Source of the DNA: Candidatus Saccharimonadales bacterium
GTDB taxonomy: Bacteria; Patescibacteriota; Saccharimonadia; Saccharimonadales; EFPC-124
Direction: 5' to 3'
DNA length: 64,000 bases
Assembly: GCA_035280845.1 (NCBI GenBank)
Contig: DATEFB010000025.1
Coordinates: 740-64,739, forward strand
The position numbers were made by a program, and so were the translations under genes. The notes under the pieces were generated by a model. It searched no databases. It had not been told where the DNA came from and saw only the letters and a list, made by a program, of their open reading frames with translations. The stretch's first letter is position 1. The number at the start of each line of letters is the position of its first letter. Shown piece by piece: positions 1-8,416 of the stretch.

Positions 1-1137
1 GTGTTTGCAGAGGCTCCAATCATGATCGCTATTCTTACCGGGCCCGAGCACAAACTGAGTTTTGCGAACTCGCTTTTTTTGCAGACAATTGGCACCACCA
101 AGCGTAAAGTTATTGGCACGCGCCTTGGTGACGCGCTGCCCGAATTAAAAGACCTCGAAATGCACTGGGACACCGTGTACCGCACCGGCGTGCCGCATCT
201 CGACCACGAACGCCACCTGCGCCTGGACTACGGTAATGGCGAGGGTGAAGACGTGTATTTTAACTTTGTCTATCAGCCCATTAAAGACCGTAAAGGTCGC
301 ACCGAGGCGATTTGCGTGTACGCCATGGAAGTCACCACTCAGGTGCGCGCCCGCAAGCGCTACAGTCGGCAGCGACAACGGCTGCTGAACCAGCAGACGG
401 CCCAGCTAAAATCGCAGAACACCGAGCTGAAAGAGCTCAACAAATCGAAAGATGAATTCATTGCGCTGGCATCGCACCAACTCCGCACACCTGCCACCGG
501 CGTCAAGCAGTACCTTGGCATGATTTTAGAGGGGTATGTGGGCCCTATGCTCCCTGCTCAGGAAGAGTTTATCGTGCAGGCCTACGAGAGCAACGAGAGG
601 CAGCTCAGTACCATTAACGACCTGTTGCAGATTGCGCAAATTGATGCGAATAAAATTGTGCTGGATGCCGTGGCCTGCGACGTAACATCGTTGGTAAAAG
701 CTGTTGCTAAAGAACAGCGCGGTAACATTGAGCGCCGCCGCCAGGCGATTGCCATGCATCAGGAAGGCCGCGAAAAAGTAACGGCCTGGGCGGACCCGCT
801 TCGCCTGCGGATGGTGCTCGATAATCTGGTCGACAACGCCAGCAAATACTCGCGCGAAAACACCACCATCACTATTACTGTGCACGCCACCGAAAAAGAA
901 GCAGTTATTCAGGTGACCGACCAGGGTATTGGCATCGCCGAGCGCGATTTTGCCCGGCTCTTCCAAAAGTTTTCGCGCATAGACAATCCGCTCTCGATCG
1001 TTGTGGGGGGTAACGGCCTTGGGCTGTACCTGGCTAAAAAGATTATCGACGCCCACAAGGGTAAGATTGACGTATCGTCTGTGCTGCACCAAGGCACGAC
1101 GTTTACCATCCGGCTGCCTCGCCCCAAAGAAGTATAA
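1..1137 (+). CDS. Sensor histidine kinase, 5'-truncated at window edge (PAS-like part, HisKA, HATPase_c)
   Basis: ORF is open to position 1. H-box FIALASHQLRTP, N-box DNLVDNASKYS, G-boxes DQGIGI and GGNGLGLYLAKKII. A receiver gene follows 67 nt downstream. Confidence 0.9.
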   Translation: MFAEAPIMIAILTGPEHKLSFANSLFLQTIGTTKRKVIGTRLGDALPELKDLEMHWDTVYRTGVPHLDHERHLRLDYGNGEGEDVYFNFVYQPIKDRKGRTEAICVYAMEVTTQVRARKRYSRQRQRLLNQQTAQLKSQNTELKELNKSKDEFIALASHQLRTPATGVKQYLGMILEGYVGPMLPAQEEFIVQAYESNERQLSTINDLLQIAQIDANKIVLDAVACDVTSLVKAVAKEQRGNIERRRQAIAMHQEGREKVTAWADPLRLRMVLDNLVDNASKYSRENTTITITVHATEKEAVIQVTDQGIGIAERDFARLFQKFSRIDNPLSIVVGGNGLGLYLAKKIIDAHKGKIDVSSVLHQGTTFTIRLPRPKEV

Positions 1138-1204
1138 GAATTCTTACTGAATTCGCACCTCCGTCATTTATAATGAGGTCAATTAACAAACCCACTAACC
1201 CAGA

Positions 1205-1603
1205 ATGACTATGGCAAAAGACCCCCAGACAGTCCTGATTGTGGAGGACGAGCAGGCCCTCAATAATGCGTACCAAATAATTCTTCGTACAGCCGGATAC
1301 GACGTCCAGGTTGCATATAACGGACAAGAGGCGTTGGACTCGGCCGCCCAGATTGAGCCGACACTCATTCTACTCGACCTGCGCATGCCCCACATGGACG
1401 GCATTGAGTTTTTGCGCAACTATAAGTTGCAGCAGGAACATCCGAACGTACGTGTGGTTATATTTAGTAACTACGACATGCAAAAAGAGATTGACGACGC
1501 CTACAAACTGGGCGCAGACCGCTACATCTTAAAGGCCCTGGCGTCTCCAAAAGAGCTGATCAAAATCGTTGACGACACTATTGCCGCGCCAAAAACGGCT
1601 TAA
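1205..1603 (+). CDS. Receiver-only (CheY-like) response regulator
   Basis: VLIVEDEQ...LILLDLRMPHMDG...VVIFSN...K motif series. At 132 aa there is no output domain. Confidence 0.9.
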   Translation: MTMAKDPQTVLIVEDEQALNNAYQIILRTAGYDVQVAYNGQEALDSAAQIEPTLILLDLRMPHMDGIEFLRNYKLQQEHPNVRVVIFSNYDMQKEIDDAYKLGADRYILKALASPKELIKIVDDTIAAPKTA

Positions 1604-2259
1604 AGCGACACGTCTTTAAAGCTGTCTTCGCCGAGCGAGCGCTCGAGGCGGGCTTTATCGATGGTCATTGTCTTGCGGTCGTAACTGACTACCTTCTCTT
1701 TTTTGAGTTTGTTCAGTTCGGTTGTGGTTGTTTCGCGCGTCAGACCAACAAGGCTGGCCATGGCGCTGTGAGTAAGTGGCAGGTCAACCTCGTATATGCC
1801 CACCTTAATTTGGCGTCCGTAGCGGTGTAGTAAGTAGTACAGGGTGAACATTATTTTCTCGCGGGCCCGCGCCTGCTCCAGCGCCGTAACGCGCATAAGC
1901 ATGCCCGTGTAGTTTTTAACATAATAGTCGGTGGTTTCGCGGATGTGCTCGGGTTTGTACAGGTGCTCAAGCAACAGCTCGCGGGGCACCGTCAGTAGCT
2001 CGGCGTTGCTGAACGTCTCGTAGTAATACATGGTGGTTTGAGCGTTGCCAAACAGCCATGGGGTCGGGAAGACGTCTCCTGCACCGTGGAAGGTTGCTAT
2101 CTGCTCTTCTCCGGCATCGTTAATTGTGTACACCTTAACATCGCCAGATTTAATAACATACGCCATACGCGGCGCCTCGCCTTGGTATAGAAGGATCGAA
2201 CCTTTTTTATAGGTCCGCAGTGTGGCTTGACTACTGATTGCTGAAATAACTTCGTGCAC
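1600..2259 (-). CDS. Crp/Fnr-family transcription regulator (cNMP-binding domain plus C-terminal HTH)
   Basis: Cyclic-nucleotide-binding beta-roll pattern (YKKGSILLYQGEAP...YVIKSGDVKVY). HTH: LPLTHSAMASLVGLTRETTTTELNKLKKEKVV. Its stop overlaps the convergent RR stop by 4 nt. Confidence 0.8.
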   Translation of the reverse strand: MHEVISAISSQATLRTYKKGSILLYQGEAPRMAYVIKSGDVKVYTINDAGEEQIATFHGAGDVFPTPWLFGNAQTTMYYYETFSNAELLTVPRELLLEHLYKPEHIRETTDYYVKNYTGMLMRVTALEQARAREKIMFTLYYLLHRYGRQIKVGIYEVDLPLTHSAMASLVGLTRETTTTELNKLKKEKVVSYDRKTMTIDKARLERSLGEDSFKDVSL

Positions 2260-2581
2260 TGGTTTCTCCTGGCGTCATTGTACCACCCGCAAACCCTCAT
2301 GTATGTGTGTGAATTCTCACATTCGGGGCGTATTTTTGATTACTGTTTTTGGTTTTGTTCCCGAGTATGCTTTGAATATCCACCGCAGGCCCTTAACAAT
2401 CCGTCGAGCTCGGCAACACTAACACTTAAATTCCATGAAGTAATGAAAGGATTTAAGCTATGCGACAACTAAAAGGTTCAGAGTTACGTACACGGATTCA
2501 CCAGTTTTTAAACAAGAAATTTACCCAGTACCCCGAGTTACGCGGCGAGCTGTGACCTGGGATACCCAAAAGGAGACACAC

Positions 2582-3073
2582 ATGGCTACCGATAAACGTG
2601 CTGCACGCCAGCGATATTATTTAAGCCCCGATGGCACCCAGCGCCTTCGCAGCCAACTGGCCGGGCTTCAGTCTGAATATGCGGAGCTGCGCTCGAAATT
2701 AACCGAGCTACGCCAAATAAAGGACGCCGATGATTTTGACATGGTAGAAGACACGATGCGGCTTGAGTTCCTCGAGAAAGAAACCGCACGGGTCGCCCAC
2801 ATTCTGGCAAACAGCGAAGAATTGCGCGCTAACCCAACCGAAACAAGCACGGTACAGCTTGGCACGCGTGTCAGATTGGAGCAGGACGGCAAGCACCTGG
2901 AGTGCATGGTCGTGAGTGCCTTTGAGGCCGACCCGAGCGAAGGAAAAATATCAGACCAAAGCCCATTGGGCCGTGCGTTGCTTGGCAAAATGATCAACGC
3001 CTTGGTAGAGGTAGTGGCGCCGCGGGCGAGGGTCATGTACAAGATCATCGGGATCGGGCCAGCTGGCCGCTGA
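2582..3073 (+). CDS. greA: GreA/GreB-family transcript cleavage factor
   Basis: N-terminal coiled coil (LRSQLAGLQSEYAELRSKLTELRQ) and a C-terminal FKBP-like domain with the typical ISDQSPLGRALLGK motif. I prefer the ATG at 2582, preceded by AGGAG at 2571-2575, over the GTG at 2552 in the ORF track. Confidence 0.8.
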   Translation: MATDKRAARQRYYLSPDGTQRLRSQLAGLQSEYAELRSKLTELRQIKDADDFDMVEDTMRLEFLEKETARVAHILANSEELRANPTETSTVQLGTRVRLEQDGKHLECMVVSAFEADPSEGKISDQSPLGRALLGKMINALVEVVAPRARVMYKIIGIGPAGR

Positions 3074-3097
3074 TCTGTTATACTAAATGGCGTCATT

Positions 3098-3925
3098 ATG
3101 TCAGACGCCACCTCGCGCACCACTGCAGAAATGTTTTCGTTGGACGATTTTGTCCACGGCCGCCCCGAGCGCATTATTCATGCTGCCAAATCGCCAAAAA
3201 TATTGATTGTGTGGCACCACGGCAACGAGGAGCTTGGTCCCCGGGCGGCCCGCCACATTTTTACCCAGCGCCCGGATTTGGCGCCGCATGTCGATTATTT
3301 GTGTGGTGACCCACAGGGCGCCGCAACGCAGTCGCCCGCTGCCGTGCTTGGCTACGACGTGAACCGTAGCTATTTGCCAGCCGATGGCCCGGCCTCGTAC
3401 GCACAGCAACGCGCCCAAGAGATTCTGGCTGTTATTCGCGCTGGTAACTACGATTTTGTGCTGGATCTTCATACCGCAGTTGGCGAACAAGAGCAGTTTT
3501 TTATCGTCACGCAAGAGCTGACACCGCTTATTAAAAAGGCGGTGGGCGCATCGCCTATTACAAAAGTTGTGGCTATGCCCGATTTTGTGACGCGCAAGAC
3601 GCTCATCGGGTACGCTCCAAATGCTGTGGCATTCGAGGTAAACGAGAAGTTCTCGCAAACGCCCCAGGCTGTGCAAGAAGTTGCTAGTATTATAGAAGTA
3701 CTTGTCGGCAAGGCTGCACCCACTCCCCTGTCGCGCGACATTTTTTATGTGGATACGCTTGTACCCAAAGACCAAGACCCTGGCGAGGATGCCGAGAACT
3801 TTAAGCTCTGCCGCGACGGCTACTACCCAATTATTTTGGGCACGGGCAGGCATGCGTACCGCAACGACCCAACAAAAGACTACGCCTGTTTTGGGGCGAA
3901 GCGCAAAGAGACGCTGGTTTTGTAG
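3098..3925 (+). CDS. Succinylglutamate desuccinylase/aspartoacylase (AstE/AspA)-like zinc hydrolase
   Basis: HHGNEELG (H-x-x-E zinc motif) and a later VLDLHT motif typical of the family. No signal peptide. Confidence 0.5.
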   Translation: MSDATSRTTAEMFSLDDFVHGRPERIIHAAKSPKILIVWHHGNEELGPRAARHIFTQRPDLAPHVDYLCGDPQGAATQSPAAVLGYDVNRSYLPADGPASYAQQRAQEILAVIRAGNYDFVLDLHTAVGEQEQFFIVTQELTPLIKKAVGASPITKVVAMPDFVTRKTLIGYAPNAVAFEVNEKFSQTPQAVQEVASIIEVLVGKAAPTPLSRDIFYVDTLVPKDQDPGEDAENFKLCRDGYYPIILGTGRHAYRNDPTKDYACFGAKRKETLVL

Positions 3926-5854
3926 CTACGTCACTTGGTCGTACGTTAGTGGGTCCACGCTGCTGCCGTCATATTCGCCCTCTAGGGTAAGCGGTGTTTC
4001 ATCTGTGCCATTGTATTCGAACCAACCCGGCAGGTTCCAGGTTGTCGTCATGCTGGCGCGGTCTATATTGTTGAGTGCATCGCGGCCGGTATATGCCAGG
4101 CTGATGCTCGAACCTGTGTCAGTGATTGTGCATCGCCCAAACGCCCGTGACTGCGTGGCACCGCTTGGTGTGTAGAGCTGCTGGTATGGGCCGCCGCGGA
4201 AGCCGCCGACGTTTGCCAGTGGTCCAGCGCCAATAATCGGGAAGCTCCCCCATTGGTTGTTGGTGCCGTCGTCGGCGTACACCGAATGCAGGTCGCCACT
4301 GATCATGAGCGCTCGCACGCTGTTGGTGGTTATAAACGTGCCAATCTCGGTCCGCTCGTTGTCGTATGCCCACCATTTATCTAACCCGTCTGCCAGGCTG
4401 GCTGCGCCAATCCACGGCGAGTCCGTTAGGATAATCTTTACCGGTTCGGCGTCGAGCAGCCGGTCTTTTAACCACTGCTTTTGTGTTGCGCCGAGCATTG
4501 TTTTGCCAGCGGTCTGTGCGTCGGCGCCCGGCGAGCGGTAGGCGTTTCGTATGTCGAGTGCAATGAATCGTATCCGCCCGACCACCCAGCTAAAGTACAG
4601 TGCGTCAGTTGGTTGGTTGGCAAGAGCCGGGAATGGCGCTACTTGTTTTGCGGCCGTTTGGTTGGCAGCATAATAGCCGCCAGCGTCGGAGTTGTCCGTG
4701 CCGCCGCCGTCGTGGTCGGAGCGCATATAATACGTGGGCACATTCTGAATAAGTGTCCGTAGACCCGATATGCTGTTGATTTGGTTCTCGAGGTTGAACC
4801 TGTGGTCTGCGGGGTCGGTTGATAAGCTGTTTTCGTAGTGAAAGTCTCCAAGGTGGAAGAAAAACAGAGGGTCGTCGGCCAGGATCTCGTCGTATGCTTC
4901 CATGCCCTGGTTGGCGTTTGTGGTGCAGTTGCCAAAATCGAAGGTGTACGTTGTGCGGCCGCTCACTAATGTACGCGAACTGCCAATTGGCCCAATGCGC
5001 GTGGCGCTGCCGCCGCTTGGCGTGTCTTCGAGCTGGTAGTAATACTTGGTGTTAGCGGTAAGTCCAGTGGCCGTAAGCGGCACGTAGCCTTGGGCGTCGG
5101 GTACGGCTGGTCCAAAGGACTGTAGGTTTTGAGTAACGCTCGCATCGGTACCCACAACTAGCCGTACCGATGTTGCGGCAGCGGTTTTGGAATGCACCTT
5201 AAAGCCAGTCGAAGTCGGTGCGCCCGTCCAGTGGTGCACAACGGTACCTGGGTTGTTAACGGGTGTGCCAAACGGGCCAATCCATGACAGGCCGGATACG
5301 GCCGAGAGGGTGTCGAGTTGCAGCGTGGTGCCTGCGCCGCTCGAAATACCACCAAGCATCCATTTTGCGGGCGTAATGGCATTTGTGGTGAACGCGAACG
5401 AGATTTCGTCGTCGTGCATGGTTGCTTCGGGTGTCAGGAAAATACGCACAGTAAACAGTTTGGTAGCTTGCACATACTGCCAATCTACCCGGTGCCAGGT
5501 GTCGACGGTCCAGTTGACGATCGAGGTCGCACGTACAGATGAGTCAAAAAGGTCAATCTTACCGCTGCTGTTAATGCCTATGCAGGCCACAATCCCGTTC
5601 CCGCTCGAGGCAATGGTCATGGCACGCATGCGCGAACTGGGCACAGTGCCGCATCGGAAATACAGTGATCCTGAGTGCTCTACAGTAGTCGTAAGGTTGG
5701 CGCGAATGTACTGCGCATTGCCCGTGGTCTCCATGGCAACGCCGCCGTGCATGGCCGTGGCGGTATATACTGCGCCGTTTACTTCTTGGATGACGCCGCC
5801 GGTGGGGATCGCCTGGCCGGGGGTGCCTCCGTTAAAATCGAGTACAACTGCCAC
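3926..5854 (-). CDS. Multidomain protein: N-terminal LamG/concanavalin-like region, FN3-like (PhoD_N-like) domain, PhoD-like metallophosphatase/phosphodiesterase
   Basis: PhoD-type motif series: FDFGNC...FFFHLGDFHYEN, MRSDHDGGGTDNS, FIALDIRN.YRS, MLGATQKQWL, ISGDLHS. No signal peptide. It starts 4 nt after the stop of the tail-fibre-like gene upstream. Confidence 0.75.
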   Translation of the reverse strand: MAVVLDFNGGTPGQAIPTGGVIQEVNGAVYTATAMHGGVAMETTGNAQYIRANLTTTVEHSGSLYFRCGTVPSSRMRAMTIASSGNGIVACIGINSSGKIDLFDSSVRATSIVNWTVDTWHRVDWQYVQATKLFTVRIFLTPEATMHDDEISFAFTTNAITPAKWMLGGISSGAGTTLQLDTLSAVSGLSWIGPFGTPVNNPGTVVHHWTGAPTSTGFKVHSKTAAATSVRLVVGTDASVTQNLQSFGPAVPDAQGYVPLTATGLTANTKYYYQLEDTPSGGSATRIGPIGSSRTLVSGRTTYTFDFGNCTTNANQGMEAYDEILADDPLFFFHLGDFHYENSLSTDPADHRFNLENQINSISGLRTLIQNVPTYYMRSDHDGGGTDNSDAGGYYAANQTAAKQVAPFPALANQPTDALYFSWVVGRIRFIALDIRNAYRSPGADAQTAGKTMLGATQKQWLKDRLLDAEPVKIILTDSPWIGAASLADGLDKWWAYDNERTEIGTFITTNSVRALMISGDLHSVYADDGTNNQWGSFPIIGAGPLANVGGFRGGPYQQLYTPSGATQSRAFGRCTITDTGSSISLAYTGRDALNNIDRASMTTTWNLPGWFEYNGTDETPLTLEGEYDGSSVDPLTYDQVT

Positions 5855-5857
5855 GTA

Positions 5858-6886
5858 TTACCTCCGCAAAATAACTGTTCCGGTTGGAGTGCCGCCCGGG
5901 ATTGGGTCGCCGACATTTAAGACCAGTACCTTAGCGCCAATGTTGGGTGCGGTAATATTGCCCGTGCTACTAACGGGCACTGTGAATGCGGCCGCCGTTT
6001 GCGACACGCCAAAATACGTGGCGCTTTGGCCGCTGTTTGTAACCTGCAGGATGTCGGTAGATGATCCGCCCGACACACCCATTGCCCTAAAAGCCACGGT
6101 ACTTGTTTTAGCAGGCCGGGCGCGCATCTCGCCATATTCATTGAAGTAACCGGTGCGTGTGCCGTTAAAGTAATTTACGTAGCGGTCAGGCCAGCCGCCT
6201 GTTGGCGAGCCGTCGTCGGGAATATTCACCCTGATGTATTGCACTGACGAATCAGGCAGCGTTACTATGTTCGCACTGTTGTTTGTAACGTACTGGGTGT
6301 GGGTGTGTACTGTGGCGGCTTTGCCGTCCAGCGCAGTTTGGGTGGCGGTGCTGACTGGCTTGCTTGCGTCAGCTGTGTTGTCGACGCTGCCAAGCCCAAC
6401 ATCGGCTTTTACCAGGGCAAGGTCAGTTTTAAACTGGGCAGGTGTGCGGTTGGTCCAGGCGCCGGATTTGTATTGCAACACGTTGTCGGCCGCCGGACTT
6501 AACCCCGAGATGGCCGTTAAGTGGGCGCTCACTGCCTGTTTGGTGGTCAGGCCAGGCACGGTTGGGCTGGTGGCAGTTCCGCCAAGGTCACCCGCAAGCT
6601 GCACCAGGCCTTTGGTGCTGGCGGTCGCGTCTGGCGCGCCACTGCTGGCGACGCTGTCAACGTAAGCTTTATTCGCGGCGTGAGTGTTGTTGGTAGGGGT
6701 TGGCACGACGGGCGGGTCGGTAAAGGTTTTGGTACCACTAAGTGATTGGTCGCCTGAGGCGTCGACCATTGTGCCATCGGTGCGTACTTTTAACGATCCG
6801 TCCGTATTGTGCTCGGCCGAAAGGAAATCGTTTAAAACATCACCCCAAGTACCGTCATCTGACCCCGGAGTAGGGAGCCTAGCCAT
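5858..6886 (-). CDS. Phage-tail-fibre-like protein (conserved N-terminal MARLP..WGD.LNDFL..EHNTDG.LK module)
   Basis: Tail-fibre style motifs: GTKTF..PVVPTPT..HAANKAYVD, KGLVQLAGDLGG, DVGLGSVDNTADASKPVSTATQTALDGKA. The first 33 aa are 25/33 identical (hand count) to the ORF at 32985. Confidence 0.65.
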   Translation of the reverse strand: MARLPTPGSDDGTWGDVLNDFLSAEHNTDGSLKVRTDGTMVDASGDQSLSGTKTFTDPPVVPTPTNNTHAANKAYVDSVASSGAPDATASTKGLVQLAGDLGGTATSPTVPGLTTKQAVSAHLTAISGLSPAADNVLQYKSGAWTNRTPAQFKTDLALVKADVGLGSVDNTADASKPVSTATQTALDGKAATVHTHTQYVTNNSANIVTLPDSSVQYIRVNIPDDGSPTGGWPDRYVNYFNGTRTGYFNEYGEMRARPAKTSTVAFRAMGVSGGSSTDILQVTNSGQSATYFGVSQTAAAFTVPVSSTGNITAPNIGAKVLVLNVGDPIPGGTPTGTVILRR

Positions 6887-6937
6887 AAAGTTTCACCCTT
6901 TTGTTGTGCTTCCAGTTTACTATGAGACAATTGAACC

Positions 6938-8416
6938 ATGCAAAAAATTCTTTTATATCTTCGTTCGCACTTGGGGTCATACGAACTTATTGCCTTTGCC
7001 TCGGGCTTTGTTTTAATGGCGTACGAAATGGTCGCCTCGCGCATTTTGGCGCCAAGCATCGGCAGCTCAATGTATGTCTGGACAAGTGTTATTGGTACTA
7101 TGATTGCCGCCCTTGCTATTGGTTATGCCGTTGGCGGCTGGCTGGCCGACAAGCGCGTGGCCGCCCAGGACGTAGCGTGGTTGCTACTGCTAAGCGCAAT
7201 CGCCGTTGGTGGCACGCTGTTATTTTATGAACCCATCCTCTTTATAATTAGCGAAGGGGTGACCGACCAGCGTTTACAGGGCATCCTTGCTGCGGTACTG
7301 CTGTTTTTGCCCGCCAGCTTTTTGCTGGGTATGATCAGCCCGTATTTGGCGCGGTTGCGGGTAAAATCCGTGGTCACAACGGGACGGTCGGTGGCTATGC
7401 TGAGTGCCCTCAACTCTATTGGCGGCATTAGCGGGACATTTTTTGCCGGGTTTGTATTCTTTAGCCTTATTGGCTCGCGAGAAACGCTGGCGCTGTTGGT
7501 GATTGCCCTGGTTGCCTGTAGCTGGCTGGTTATGCCCCGCCACCGCCGCACATGGCGGATGGTCGCCACGTTTTGCCTGGCGCTTTTGTTGGTGCTGCAA
7601 TTTGCCGGAAGAGCGCAGGCAGCGGGACTGGTTGCGAACATCGACACGCCAACATCACACTATAGTGTGGTAGAGCTGGGCTACCGCGGGCACAACACCC
7701 GCTTGCTTGTGACTGATCCGCGAGGGTTCCAATCTGGCATTCGAACCGACGGCAATAAGGACCTGGTGTTCGATTACACCCAGCGTTTGGCCGAGGCCGT
7801 GGCACAGGCACCCAAAAAAGACCGTATTGTCATTCTGGGCGGTGGCGTGTTTACACTTCCCGAGTATCTGGCGGTTACATACCCCCAGTCACAAATTGAT
7901 GTAGTCGAGATTGACCCGCAGCTCGAACAGATCGCCAAAGAGTATTTTTACTACCGGCCACAGCCTAACATCCGCGTATTCGCCCAGGATGCCCGGGCGT
8001 TTTTGCATGATACAAAAGACAGCCAGTACGATTTGGTGCTGGTTGATGCCTATAATAATGACTCGGCGATTCCCTTTTCGCTCTCGACACGGGAGTTTAC
8101 TGAAGGGCTTAAGCGCATCCTCACTCCAGACGGCGCGGTACTCGCGAACATTATCGGCAGCGCCAGCGCACCCTGCCTGCCTGCGCTTTCCAGTCTGCAC
8201 GGTTCGTACTTGAGCGCTTTTGCCGAATCGTTTGTGGCGCCGGTTGCCCCACGCATTAATCCGGACATCCGCCAGAATTTGATCGCTGTGTATGCCAATA
8301 ATTCGGTTGACTGGGCAAGGCCGCTTGGCTCCGAACTATACATTCACGCTGGAGCTGCCCAGAAGCTGACCGACAATTACGCGCCGGTCGAATCGCTATG
8401 GCAAACGTGCCACTAG
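6938..8416 (+). CDS. Membrane-fused spermidine-synthase-like methyltransferase-fold protein
   Basis: About 200 aa of predicted TM helices are followed by the SpeE-like motifs IVILGGGVFTLPEYL, VDVVEIDP and DLVLVDAYNN. Confidence 0.7.
   Translation: MQKILLYLRSHLGSYELIAFASGFVLMAYEMVASRILAPSIGSSMYVWTSVIGTMIAALAIGYAVGGWLADKRVAAQDVAWLLLLSAIAVGGTLLFYEPILFIISEGVTDQRLQGILAAVLLFLPASFLLGMISPYLARLRVKSVVTTGRSVAMLSALNSIGGISGTFFAGFVFFSLIGSRETLALLVIALVACSWLVMPRHRRTWRMVATFCLALLLVLQFAGRAQAAGLVANIDTPTSHYSVVELGYRGHNTRLLVTDPRGFQSGIRTDGNKDLVFDYTQRLAEAVAQAPKKDRIVILGGGVFTLPEYLAVTYPQSQIDVVEIDPQLEQIAKEYFYYRPQPNIRVFAQDARAFLHDTKDSQYDLVLVDAYNNDSAIPFSLSTREFTEGLKRILTPDGAVLANIIGSASAPCLPALSSLHGSYLSAFAESFVAPVAPRINPDIRQNLIAVYANNSVDWARPLGSELYIHAGAAQKLTDNYAPVESLWQTCH

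Noticed and set aside
2460-2555. A 31-aa ORF (MRQLKGSELRTRIHQFLNKKFTQYPELRGEL) upstream of greA.
   Set aside because: It is short, has only a weak RBS (AAAGGA), and its conservation cannot be assessed here. It could be a leader peptide, but that is unsupported.
5187-6149. A 320-aa plus-strand ORF spanning the junction of the PhoD-like and tail-fibre-like genes.
   Set aside because: It is antisense to two genes with strong motif support. It has no RBS, and its composition is typical of a shadow frame.
3926-6886. Calling this locus (and 32985-35330) a prophage.
   Set aside because: Only fibre-like genes are present. No capsid, portal, terminase, tape-measure, lysis or integrase gene, and no att-like repeat, is visible in the flanks within this window. 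A degraded prophage cannot be excluded without the wider contig.
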